DNA of 64,000 nt from Malacoraja senta (Eukaryota): positions 9,922,001 through 9,986,000 of the forward strand of contig CM075991.1 of the NCBI GenBank assembly GCA_038087875.1, read 5' to 3'. Below, piece after piece: positions 1 through 11,520 of the stretch. The stretch's first letter is position 1, and each line of letters opens with the position of its first letter. The notes beneath the pieces are model-generated. The model saw only the letters and a list, made by a program, of their open reading frames with translations, was not told the DNA's origin and searched no databases. The position numbers and the translations under genes were made by a program.

Positions 1-758
1 CAGGTTTCCTTCCACGTTCCAAAGAGGAGCAGGTTTGCAGGTTTCTGTAAGTTGTCTTTAGTGTGTGTAGGATATGAATGGTCATTGGCCGGTGCAGACT
101 CGGTGGGCCGAAGGGCCTGTTTCCACACTGTATCTATCACTGCAAACTCCACACAGACATCACTGGAGGTCATGATCGAACCTGGGTCCCTTCCGCTATG
201 AGGCAGCAGCTCCACTAATTGTGCCACTGCATGACCAGCGAACTCAAATATACTGGGCGTACGTTTCAATTGTGTAAAAAATGTCCCAAATACTGATCTG
301 CAAAGATATTGATGCCTTAAATGATAAATTCACAGCAAAATGCTGTTTAGGATTTAGGTTTTGGTTTAGTTTCATCATTGTTGCATGTACCAAATGTATT
401 ATCACAGGTACAGTATAAACCTTTGTTGTGCATGCTATCCACACAATAAAATATGCCGCACATTAATACCACCAACCTAAGCTCAAATATAATAGATATA
501 GCAAAGGGGAAGAGCAGTGCAGAATATGGTACAGTGCACAATATGGTATGAACATCGTGCAGAATATGGTATATTTTTTAAAAGAAAAGGAAAAAAACAC
601 CTGCCAAATAATGCCCTTAAGAGGTAGTGTCCCTTTAAATTATAAATGCACAAAAAATCACTCGGCGCACATCCAATACTCCACTTCTGCAGGAGATGAT
701 GGGACTATATGTCTAAGACAGAGCTGTTCTTTCTCCTTTTTGTTTTATTTTCTTGCAG

Positions 759-941
759 TTATGCCTCCCAGCCCGACCGTGGCCTCAGCTGTCCCTCTGT
801 CCTGCAGCACCTCTGCCATACTTCCCTTCTCATCTTCTGTCTTCCCCGCAGTGAAACAAAAGAGCGCGTTTGCACCGGTGATCCGACCCCAAGATTCCCC
901 TTCCCCAGCCTGCACCAGTGGCAACGGAGGTGGATTCCGAG
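759..941 (+). CDS. EBF2: EBF2 (COE2) penultimate coding exon, Ser/Pro-rich C-terminal region
   Basis: Polypyrimidine tract + ttgcag acceptor (757-758) and CGAG|gtgaga donor; 183 nt, phase 1/1. Translates [60 protein letters not shown], matching the remembered EBF2 sequence [41 protein letters not shown] better than EBF1/EBF3. Confidence 0.93.
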
Positions 942-1254
942 GTGAGACGGCGTTTTGGCTGAATTGAACTGGTGCGTTGAGAGGCGCGTGGGCCAGGTTG
1001 AGACGTGGTCGTGTAGGAGGGACGGAGCGGGGGGGGGTTTGGGGGCTGGGGGCGGGGGGACGGAGCGGGGGGCACGGGAAGGTGAACCCGTCACAGTGAT
1101 GCCACCATCAAGTACCCATTGTACGCCAGCAGCAATTGAATCTGCCCACATTCCCCTGAACCCCACCTCACCACTCCTCCCACTCACCTGCACACTAGGG
1201 CTAACCTACAGTGACCAGTTCGAGAATAGCGATCAAAAATATGCAGGATAGATG

Positions 1255-1968
1255 TGACACAGAGGTAGAATTCTCCCTGTGGCTGCCTGGGTGCTCTGGT
1301 TTCCTCCCACATTCCAGAGACGTGCAGGTTTGTAGATCAGGGGTGGGGAACCTGCGGCCTTAAGGCTGCATGCGGCCTTCTAGGCCATTAAGTGCGGCCT
1401 TTTGAATGAATCCAAATTTTGTAGAACAAATCTTTTTATTATTATTAATATGTTTTTGTTCATCTTTTATTATTATTTTTTTTTTATAATAATATTTTTA
1501 TTAGAAGCATGTACATGTCATAATCAAAACACATTTTGTATATCAATTACATATTGTTAATAGATGGGATTCCAACTATCAAAGTAATAGGGGTCCTCAT
1601 TTATCGATTATTTTTATTTTAAACATAAAATGAACGTATTTAAAGTAGCAAAGAATAAAAGAAGATTCAACGAAATAATCCTCCCCGACTGACGGCCACA
1701 ATTAAAACATTAGTAAGTCATGAGGGCTATTTTTAACAAAATAATGTACATTTTGAAGTATATCTAATTGAAGTATCTTGGATGCGGCCTTATTAGATTA
1801 CAGCTAACTTAATGCGGCATTCCAACATTAAAGGTTGCCCACCCCTGTTGTAGATTAATTGCCTTCTGTAAATTGTCCCTGGAGTGTAGGATTGGGTGAT
1901 CGCTGGTCGGCATGGACTGAGAGGGTCAAAGGGCCTGTTCTACCGCGCTGTATCTCTCAACTAAACTA
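1255..1968 (+). mobile_element. V-SINE (HE1-like) interrupted by a hAT MITE
   Basis: V-domain (ggtttcctcccacattcc...gcaggtttgtag) up to 1337; resumes taattgcc...gggcctgtt...ctaaact after 1855. Confidence 0.8.
1338..1847. mobile_element. Non-autonomous hAT (Charlie-type) DNA transposon, 510 bp
   Basis: TIRs CAGGGGTGGGGAACCT / AGGTTGCCCACCCCTG; perfect 8-bp TSD ttgtagat (1330-1337, 1848-1855); subterminal TGCGGCC repeats. Confidence 0.92.
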
Positions 1969-2485
1969 CACGAGGAATCATTTACAGCAACCAATTAACC
2001 TACCAACCCGCACAACTTTGGGATGTGGGAGGAAACCGGATCACTCGAAGGCTAACCACATTGGTCACAGGGTGAACGTGCAAACTCCACACAGCCAGCA
2101 GCAGAGGTCAGGATCGAGGCAAGGACACAGGAGCAGTGAGGCAGCAGCTCTACCAGCTGGGCCACTGTGCCACCCACTGCATTGCCGTACTTGTCCACCA
2201 AACGGTACTGCCCAATAATTCCTCCCTGGAATCTACCGCAGTGCTCCTCCACCCAGATTGTAAGCACCACTCTCTCTCCCATTCTATCACCCAGTCAGTA
2301 AAAAGGGTAGTGCTGCCTTGAATGGTTAGGAAGCTAAGTGTGTTAGAAGGGGGTGACCATCAGCAAGGGGTGGTATAATAAAAGCAGCAAGTGGATTGCA
2401 AGAACCACCAGCCGATGGGATCAAGAGACAATGGGTCTTCGTGGTAACATATCTCATAGAGAACACACAGCATAGAAAGTTGTAG

Positions 2486-2760
2486 AAACAAGGAACTGTA
2501 GATGCTGGTTCACACCAAAGGACACAAACTGGTGGAGTTGACTGGACAGCTCGCAACAAAAACTAACTCAGCAGGTCAGGCAGCATCTCTGGAGAACATG
2601 GATAGCTTTTGGGTCGGGACCTTTCTTCAGACTGGTTATGGGGGTGGGGAGGGGGGCGGGGAGGGGAAGAATGATGGGAGCTTTCTCCCAGGGTCCCGAC
2701 CCGAAACTTCACCTCTCCATGTTCTGCAAAGATGCTGCCTGACCCTCTGGGTTACCCTCG
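2486..2760. mobile_element. Inverted pair of Penelope-like pLTR fragments
   Basis: Minus copy (aaggaactgtagatgctgg...cttcagact) followed by plus copy (gggtcccgacccgaaac...gatgctgcctgaccc). Confidence 0.7.
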
Positions 2761-2884
2761 CAGATTATGTCCTCTGGAGCATAGAATATTACAGCACAGA
2801 AACAGGCCCTTTGGCTCACAGTGTCTGTGCCGAACATGATGTCGAGATAATCCAATCTTATCTGCCTGCACGTGATCCATATCG

Positions 2885-3165
2885 CGGCACGGTGGCGCAG
2901 TGGTAGAGTTACAGCGCAAGGGACCCGCCTGTCTGTACGGAGTTCGTACGTTCTCCCCATGACCCGCGTGGGTTTTCTCCAGGATCTCTGGTTTCCTCCC
3001 ACACTCCAAAGACATACAGGTTTGTAGGTTAATTGGTATAATTGTAAATCATCCCCGGTGTTAGGATAGTGTTAGTGTGCGGGGATCGCTGGTCGGCGCG
3101 GACTCAGTGGGCCGAAGGGCCTGTTTCCGCGTTGTATCTCTAAACTAAACTAAAATAAACTAAAT
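2885..3165 (+). mobile_element. V-SINE (HE1-like)
   Basis: tRNA head TGGCGCAGTGG, V-domain, CR1-like tail tgggccgaagggcctgtttcc + (ctaaa)n. Confidence 0.85.
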
Positions 3166-3589
3166 ATCCTTCCAACCCCTGCATATTCAAGTGCTGATCT
3201 AACAGCTTCTTAAAGACCACTGTTATATCTGCCTCAACCTCCATCCCTGCACAAAACGTTCAAGGCACCCACATAACATTGAGGGAGGACATTCAGTCCA
3301 TCAAATTGATGCCGGCTATCCTGCAGTCCCATTCCCCACATGCCCCCGTAACCCCCATTCTCTCTCAGCTCCTCCTGCCCCCCTCTTCAAATCTGCTCCT
3401 ATCCTTCCACACTAAGGGGTAATTTACTGGGACCGGTTAACCCACCCGAACATCCAGGGGAAAGGATCAGCCCAGGATATCATGAGCTGTGTGATGCTAG
3501 CCTTGTTCCTGGCTGCTGGTCCACTGTGCCAGTTCCTTATGCCTCAACATTTGTTGCAACCCTCTGTGAATGTTCGAGCACTGGGTACA

Positions 3590-3790
3590 TTCAGGCTGAG
3601 ATCAATGGAACGGTAATGGGAATCGGAGGAAAGCAGGAAGGGTTCTTGATTAGTACGGGTGTTAGGGGTTATGGGGAGAAGGCAGGGGAATGAGGTTGAG
3701 AGCGACATATAGATCAGCCAGGATTGAATGGGGGAGTAGACTTGATGGGCTGAATGGCCTAATTCTGCTCCTACTCTTATGAATTTATGA
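3590..3790 (+). mobile_element. CR1 LINE 3' end
   Basis: ggggttatggggagaaggcagg...tgggctgaatggcctaattctgctcct tail. Confidence 0.7.
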
Positions 3791-3837
3791 AGGCAAGGTA
3801 GATTGGCTGAAGGGGCTACAAAGGCTAGTGGGGCCAG

Positions 3838-4405
3838 CACTCACACACATACACACTCACGCACACACACACACACACACACCCACACACACACACACTC
3901 ACACACGCATACACACTCGCACACACAAACACACACACTCACACACACACTCACACACACACACACACACACACCCACACACACACACGCATACACACTC
4001 GCACACACAAACACACACACACACACACTCACACACACACACATACACGCTCACACACACACACACACACACACACCCACACACACACTCACACACTCAC
4101 ACACACACTCACACAAACACTCACACACATACACACTCACACACACACACACACCCACACACTCACACACACCCACACACTCACACACGCATGCACTCAC
4201 ACACGCATACACACACACTCACACACTTACACACACACTCACACAAACACACACACATACACACTCACACACACACACACCCACACATACACACACACTC
4301 ACACACGCATACACTCACACACACCTACACACACACACACACTCACACACTTACACACACACTCACACAAACACACACACACTCACACACGTACACACAC
4401 ACGCA
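3838..4405. repeat. Degenerate (CA)n microsatellite
   Basis: Visible directly; explains the His/Thr and Cys/Val ORFs. Confidence 0.97.
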
Positions 4406-4744
4406 AGGCCGTCAGTGGTTTATTCTATAAAACTCTAAACCATTGAAAGAAGAGTAGTGGTGCTGAAGGGCCTATTCCTGCTCCTTTTCCAGTTATTCCC
4501 ACTCCTTCCATTCATGTTGAAATCCCTTGTTACTTGGAAAGGCAGAATGAGATGTGAAACAAAGAATGCATATTCAGAGTGGGATTGAGTGGATAATAAT
4601 TAGCCTTCCACTGAAACTAATTGTCCAGTTATGCTCCACAGAATGCAGTGGGTGGTTCAGTGGGGTGATTCAGAGAATCCCAATCACAACAGGTCATCTG
4701 GTCAGTTTGGGACATCGAGCACTTCGATGCTGTACAGAGAATGG

Positions 4745-5015
4745 TTTAAGTTTAGTTTAGCTTAGAGGTACAGCGCGGAACCAGGCCCTTTGGCCCACTG
4801 AGTCCACACCGACCAGCGATCCCCGCACATTAACACTATCCTACACCCACTATGGACAATTTACATTTATACCAAGCCAATTCATCTACAAACCTGTACG
4901 TCTTTGGAGTGTGGGAGGAAACCGAAGCTCTCAGAGAAATCCCACGCAGGTCACGGGGAGAACATACAAACTCCGTACAGACAGCATCCATAGTTGGGAT
5001 CGAACCCGGGTCTCT
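4745..5015 (-). mobile_element. V-SINE (HE1-like)
   Basis: Reverse complement of the SINE consensus, including B box (ggatcgaacc). Confidence 0.85.
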
Positions 5016-5131
5016 GGATGTTTCTGAATTTTTTCCAGTATTTGGACTGTCAGGGGAACAAAGCAAGGAATGTTTACCACTCTCTCCCCAAGACACTGCC
5101 CTTTAGCTGTCACTGAATTCTGGAGGGTTTA

Positions 5132-5800
5132 TACACACTCACACAAACACACACACTCACACATATACACACACACACTCGTACAAACACACACACTTGC
5201 ACACATAGACACACACTCACACATACACACACACTCACACAAACACACACACTCACACACACTCACACAAACACACACACTCACACACACTCACACAAAC
5301 ACACACACTCACACATATACACACACACACTCGTACAAACACACACACACTTGCACACATAGACACACACTCACACAAGCACACACACTCATGCACATAC
5401 ACACACTCACACAAACACACACACTCACACAAACACACACACTCATACACATACACACACATACTCACACACGTATACACACTCACACACACAAACTCAC
5501 ACACACACAAACACACACACTCACACACACACTCACACACATACACACTCACACTCACACACATACACTCACACAAACACACACCACACACACATATACT
5601 CACACAAACACACACCCACACAAACATACACTCACACAAACACACACCCACACACACATACACTCACACATGCATACACACACACACTCACACACTCACA
5701 CAAACACACACACATACACGCACACAAACACACACCCACACACACATACACTCACACACGCACACAAACACACACACTCACACACTCACACACACACGCA
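5132..5800. repeat. Degenerate (CA)n microsatellite
   Basis: Visible directly. Confidence 0.97.
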
Positions 5801-5814
5801 AGGCCTTCAGTAGT

Positions 5815-5910
5815 TATCCCTCAACCATTCAAAAAGATTATCTGGACAATTATCTTCTTCCTTTTAGTGGGATCTTGCTGTGTAGAAATGGTGCATTTAC
5901 CTTAGTAACA
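5815..5910 (+). mobile_element. Old Deu-domain SINE fragment (SacSINE1/AmnSINE1-like)
   Basis: atccctcaacc...agattatctgg...gtgggatcttgctgtg resembles the remembered Deu-domain consensus. Confidence 0.5.
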
Positions 5911-6865
5911 AATCATTGCTAAGTTCGATAGCAAACGTACTATCAAATATTAGTGCATTTTATATTATGTACTAATATTAGTAAATAGTATGACTGCTAT
6001 TATGCTATTTAATAATATAAAGATTATTATAAAAATAATATAAAATTAAAAAAATTACATTTTAATTTTTAAAATAACATGTATTGATTTTAAAATACAT
6101 TAAAAAAAAAATTAACAACATTTTAAAATGTATTTGTTAACAGATATTCGGTACCTATGCAGGTGAGGTGCTTTAGTGAGACACAATGCAATGTTTTATA
6201 CAGAAAGCCCTTTATTTGTCAATTGCTTGCCGGTTTTAAATAGGGATATTCGAGTGTTAAATAAATGAGTTTACACCTTATGTAAGTAATAGATTGCGGA
6301 AAATGGCACTTCATTCCTTTTAAATCCCTTCCAAGTTGCACAATCCTAACTCGGAAATATATCACCATTTCTTCCTGTAAATCCTGCATCTGCCCACGAT
6401 GAAATGAAATTATTTCTTTATCTCTTTTTTTATGAGTGTTGTGTCACCAAAGACTAGACATACAGTAGCTTGACTTTGAGGAGATTACAGAGGGCAGTAG
6501 CTCATGGCATGCATCTGGGACATACATGCAAGGCTTTCAAAGTTTTAAAAAGGGAATATTCTCCCATTGTGATTTTAATTTATTCCCTTTAATCCATCAT
6601 TTTAGTTTGCATTGTCCAATGCACTTCACCACATGGACTGCAGTGATTTCTAAAAGGCAGCTCACCCTTGTCTTCTCGAGGAGCAATAAGGGACAGGCAT
6701 TAAATGCTGGCCTTGCGAGCGGCATTTATGGATTGTGACTGAACGTATTAATGACTCCATTTGGCCCATCACATTTGCCCAGTACTAATTTCATTACTAA
6801 AAGGACAAAAGGAGCAGTTTAGGAGAATGATTTATTCTCTATACAGACATCCCACTCAGTAACAA

Positions 6866-7175
6866 GGCACAATGGCATTCTGGTAGAGGTGCTGCCTCAC
6901 AGTGCCAGAGACCCGGGTTCGATTCTGACTACGGCTGCTGTCTATGCGGAGTTTGTACGTTCCCCCTGTGACCGCGTGGGTTTTCTCCTGGTGCTCCGGT
7001 TTCCTCCCACACTCCAAAGACGTACAGGTTTGCAGGTTAATTGGCTTCTGTAAAATCGTAAATTGTCCCTGGTGTGTGTAGGGCAGTGTTAGTGTGGTCA
7101 GCACCAGCAACCCCCCACACTCGGTGGGTCGAAGGGCCTGTTTCCACGCTGTATCTCTAAAGTCTAGAGTCTAAA
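6866..7175 (+). mobile_element. V-SINE (HE1-like), full length
   Basis: tRNA head with GGTTCGATT B box, V-domain, CR1-like tail. Confidence 0.88.
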
Positions 7176-8228
7176 TACCATACCTTTAAAATCATTTTGC
7201 TAAACTGAAGTCAGTCTAGTAATTCGACTTGAATCTTAACATCAAGCTCCCACAAGTTTCTGGGGAATTGGTGGCACTGAGATGGTGCCAGTGAAGGTCA
7301 TTCAAATATCAGGCCACTACGAGCTCCGTTAGATAACACTCGGAGTTAGTATGGACGGACACACATCAACTGTAACTCACCTACTACCCTGTTACACATC
7401 TTTGTGCAGCAAGCAGGTGAAAAATTACCTCCTTCTCCTCTTAGTTGCATACCTGTGGCCAGAAACATTGTCACGGCTTGTCGGGGGGGGGGCGGAGGGA
7501 GAGAAGGGGAGGGTGAGAGTTTGTATACGTTAATACTAAAACTAGAGGGTTTGAGATGGCTGCATTATCTCCACAACTTCGAACATTCTGTTTGGTTCCT
7601 ATTTTTAGAGGAAGAAAAGGGTTTCAGAGTGAATTATTTCTAATTTCTCAGGTGAGTTCCTCATTTCTTTGATTCATCCAATCGATTCCAGTGGGGATTT
7701 CCCACATTAATATATTTGGGCAGTAGGTCAGCAAGATTTCAAGTGACTCCATGCAGGCAACAGTAAAAAAAAAAAAAATCTTATTGTAAATTTTAATAGG
7801 TAACATGTCACCAAAAAGTGGATACATGCAATGTGACTTTGGGGGTGGGGTGGGGGGGGGGGGGTAGTAGATTATGGGCATCTGGGTTTAAAAAAAAAAA
7901 TGAATATTCGCTCATTGTGATTTTAACTTATTCCATTCAATTCATCATCTTAGTTAGCTATTCTCAGTAGTAATTAAAGCTGCTTGGTATCGCTGTGCAT
8001 TACCCTAAGGCTCACAAGCTTTGTGTTGGTCTACCCAAAACCTCATAAAAGACATTAAAGCAAAGAGCTAATGTTGTACAAATCATTAGTCAGGGTCCAG
8101 ATGAAATAACAAGAGCAAAATAATAAAGTAATAATGGCCTGTCAGGACTTTGATATTGCAAGATGTTTTTTAGCTGACAAATTATAAATTTGAAGTTGAT
8201 GTACAGGTACTCCCTGGGCTAGAGTTAA

Positions 8229-8522
8229 CTTTAGTTTAATTTAGGGATACGGTGCAGAAACAGGCCCTTCGGCCCACTGAGTCCGCACCGACCAGCGACA
8301 CTACCCTACACACGCCAGAGGCAATTGTTACATTCGTACCAAGCCAATTAACCGGCAAACCTCCACGTCTTTGGAGCGTGGGAGGAAACCGGACACCCTG
8401 GAGAAAACCCACGCAGGTTACAGGGAGAACGTACAAATACCGTGCAGACAAGCACCTGTAGCCTGGATTGAACGCAGACTACGCTGGCGCTGTAAGGGAG
8501 TAGCTCTACCGCTGCCCCACTG
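8229..8522 (-). mobile_element. V-SINE (HE1-like)
   Basis: Reverse complement of the consensus. Confidence 0.85.
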
Positions 8523-8614
8523 AGCCGACTTATGTATAGCCCTTAAATACAAACGGGCATTTGGGATGGGTTTGGTAACTGCTGCTGGTTTCTTCCTCCA
8601 TGTGGGAACTCGGT

Positions 8615-9598
8615 TAGTGTCATAGAGTCATTCAGTGTGGAAACAGGCCCTTCGGCCCAGCTTGCCCACTCTGACCAACATACCCCATCTACACTAGTGG
8701 TGCATTGATAGTGTTGCTGCCTTACAGCGCCAGAGACCCGGGTTCGATCCTGACTACGGGTGCTTGTCTGTACGGAGCTTGTATGTTCTCCCCGTGACCT
8801 GCGAGGGCTTATTATGGGATCTCCAGTTTCCTCCCACACTCCAATGACGTACAGGTTTGTAGGTTAATTAGAAGCATAGAAAATAGGTGCAGGAGGAGGC
8901 CATTCGGCCCTTCGAGCCAGCACCGCTATTCATTGTGACCATGGCTGATCGTCCCCAATCAATAACCCGTGCCTTCTCTCCATATCCCTAGATTCCACTA
9001 GCCCCTAGAGCTCTATCTAACTCTCTTAAATCCATCCAGTGACTTGGCCTCCACTGCCCTCTGTGGCAGGGAATTCCACAAATACACAACTCTCTGGGTG
9101 AAAAACTTTTTTTCTCACCTCAGTCTTAAATGGCTTCCCCTTTATTCTAAGGGCTTGGTATCGTTGTAAACAGTCCCTAGTGTGTGTAGGATAGTGTTAC
9201 TGTGTGGGGATCACAGGTCGGCACGGACCTGGTGGGCCGAATGGCCTATTTCCACCCTGTATCTCCAAACTAAACTAAACACTAGTCCCACCTGCTGCTT
9301 TTGGCCCATATCCCTCTAAACCTATCCTTTCTGCCTACCTGTCTAAATGTTTCTTAAACCTTGGGATAGTGCCTGCCTCAACGACCTCCTCTGGCAGCTC
9401 GTTCCATACACCCACCACCCTTTGTGTAAAAAAATGTATCCTTCAAGTTCCTTTTGCATTTTTCTCCCTCAACTTAAACCTATATCTTCTGGTTCTCAAT
9501 TCCCCTACTCTGGGCAAAAGTTCATTTACCAGATCAATTCCTCTCAGGATGTTGTCCACCTAAGATCACCCCTCATTCTCCTGTGCTCCAATGAATAA
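8615..9598. mobile_element. Nest: CR1 (-) containing a V-SINE (+, 8697-9280), which contains a younger CR1 3' end (-, 8872-9150)
   Basis: Host CR1 breaks at acactagt (8691) and resumes at acactagtcccacc (9279); the SINE breaks at ttaatt and resumes at ggcttggtat. Confidence 0.8.
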
Positions 9599-9880
9599 CG
9601 TTTGTGGTAATATCTGAATGGTTGATGTAAACATCCTGGTTTAACTGCCTGTAGGTCTTTGTTGGCTGGGCAACCACATTTCTGACTTGCGAACAGTTCA
9701 GGTTCCAAACAGTTCTCAGGAGTGAAACTAAGTCCGAAACTGGGAAGGAAAGACACAAAAGGCTGGAGTAACTCAGCGGGTCAGGCAGCATCCCTGGAGA
9801 ACATGGATAGATGATGTTTTGGGTTCAGGACTCTTCTTCAGGCGAAGTTAAACTCCTTGTTATTACATAACCTGGGGTGG

Positions 9881-10136
9881 AACATAGAAACATAGACATA
9901 GAAACATAGAAAATAGGTGCAGGAGTAGGCCATTCGGCCCTTCGAGCCTGCACCGCCATTCAATATGATCATGGCTGATCATCCAACTCAGTATCGTGTA
10001 CCTGCCTTATCTCCATACCCTCTGATCCCTTTAGCCACAAGGGCCACATCTAACTCCCTCTTAAAAATAGCCAATGAACTGGCCTCAACTACCCTCTGTG
10101 GCAGAGAATTCCACCGATTCACCACTCTCTGTGTGA
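9881..10136 (-). mobile_element. Young CR1 3' end, (CTATGTTT)n tail
   Basis: Encodes FTQRVVNRWNSLPQRVVEASSLAIFKRELD, the CR1 ORF2 C-terminus. Confidence 0.9.
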
Positions 10137-10385
10137 ACAGCAATAGGGTTTGAAGATACTTATGTTGTTCAAAGCAAGATTCCAAACGCCAGTGAGATCA
10201 TTGAGAGACGAGGCCAAACACTCTCACAATCCATTATCCTCCTTTCAGAAGATCATAAGATCATGTGATAGGAGCAGAATTAGGCCATTCAGCCCATCAA
10301 GTCTAATCTGTCATTCAATCATGGCTAATCTATCTCCCTCCTACCCCATTCTTCTCCCCATAACCTCTGACATCCGGACTTTGTC

Positions 10386-10700
10386 TTTAGACTTTAGACT
10401 TTAGAGATACCACATGGAAACAGGCCCTTTGGCCCATCGAGTCAGCACTGACTATCGAACGCCCCATGCACTAGCACTATCCTACACACAACGGGACAAT
10501 TTACAATTTTACCAAAGCCAATTAGCCTACAAACCTGCACGCCTTTGGATTGTGGGGGAGAAACAGGGCACCCGGAGAAAACCCACGCGCTCACAGGGAG
10601 AACGTGCAAACTCCGTACAGGCAGTACCCGTCGTCAGGATCGATCCCGGGTCTCTGGCGCTGTAAGGCAGTGACTCTAGCGCTGCGCCACCGTGCCGCCA
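10386..10700 (-). mobile_element. V-SINE (HE1-like)
   Basis: Reverse-complement consensus with A and B boxes. Confidence 0.85.
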
Positions 10701-11294
10701 CATTCCCAGATGTTGTAGATGATGAGGTATCCCAACGTTTACAACATCTTCTCCGATTTGACTTTTCACATTATCACGCGAAAAAAAGGCTGCATCTTAG
10801 AATAAAGAGTTGTGGAGAGCTCCAGTATAGAGCCGGGCTCTTCAGCATACCGACCACCAACCATCCATCTACACTAATTCTACATTATTCCCCTTTATTT
10901 TTATTGTCTCCACTTTCTCAACAACTCCCTTCCGATTCTACCAATTGCCTACATCAGAGGCAATCTGCAGCGGCCAATTAACCTACCAATTCGCACTTTT
11001 CTTTGGATAAGGGAGGGCACCGGAGCACCTGGAGGAAACCCACGTGGTCACAGGGGGAACATGCAAACTCCACACTGACAGTGCCAGCGGTCGGGATCGA
11101 ACCGACCGTGAGGCAGCAGCTCTACCAGCTGCGCCACTGTGCTGCCCTCTTGTGGATTATGTGGCATTGCCCTGGGATGGCATTTGGATCCATAGTCTTC
11201 CAATAAAGGGTCAATGGCGTTAGTATTAAAATAATGTACAGCATGGAGAGGTGACAAGACTTGCTGAAAGGATATGAGAGAGAGAGATAGTAGA

Positions 11295-11520
11295 CTGTGG
11301 AATTTTCTGCCACAGAAAGTAGTTGAGGCCAGTTCATTGGCTATATTTAAGAGGGAGTTAGATGTGGCCCTTGTGGCCAAAGGGATCAGGGGGTATGGAG
11401 AGAAGGCAGGTACAGGATACTGAGTTGGATGATCAGCCATGATCATATTGAATGGCGGTGGAGGCTCGAAGGGCCGAATGGCCTACTCCAGCACCTACTT
11501 TCTATGTTTCTATGTTTCTA
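11295..11520 (+). mobile_element. Young CR1 3' end
   Basis: Same tail family as 9881. Confidence 0.88.

Noticed and set aside
548..967. 139-aa ORF as a standalone gene
   Set aside because: Only 759-941 is exon; the rest is intron read in frame.
3803..5813. His/Thr-rich and Cys/Val-rich ORFs (also at 18727-19438 and 24968-25824)
   Set aside because: Translations of CA/TG microsatellites.
5946..5979. 13-bp AT-rich hairpin
   Set aside because: Expected by chance in very AT-rich, low-complexity DNA.
6866..6940. tRNA genes at SINE heads
   Set aside because: The A/B boxes run straight into the V-domain with no complete cloverleaf; these are SINEs.
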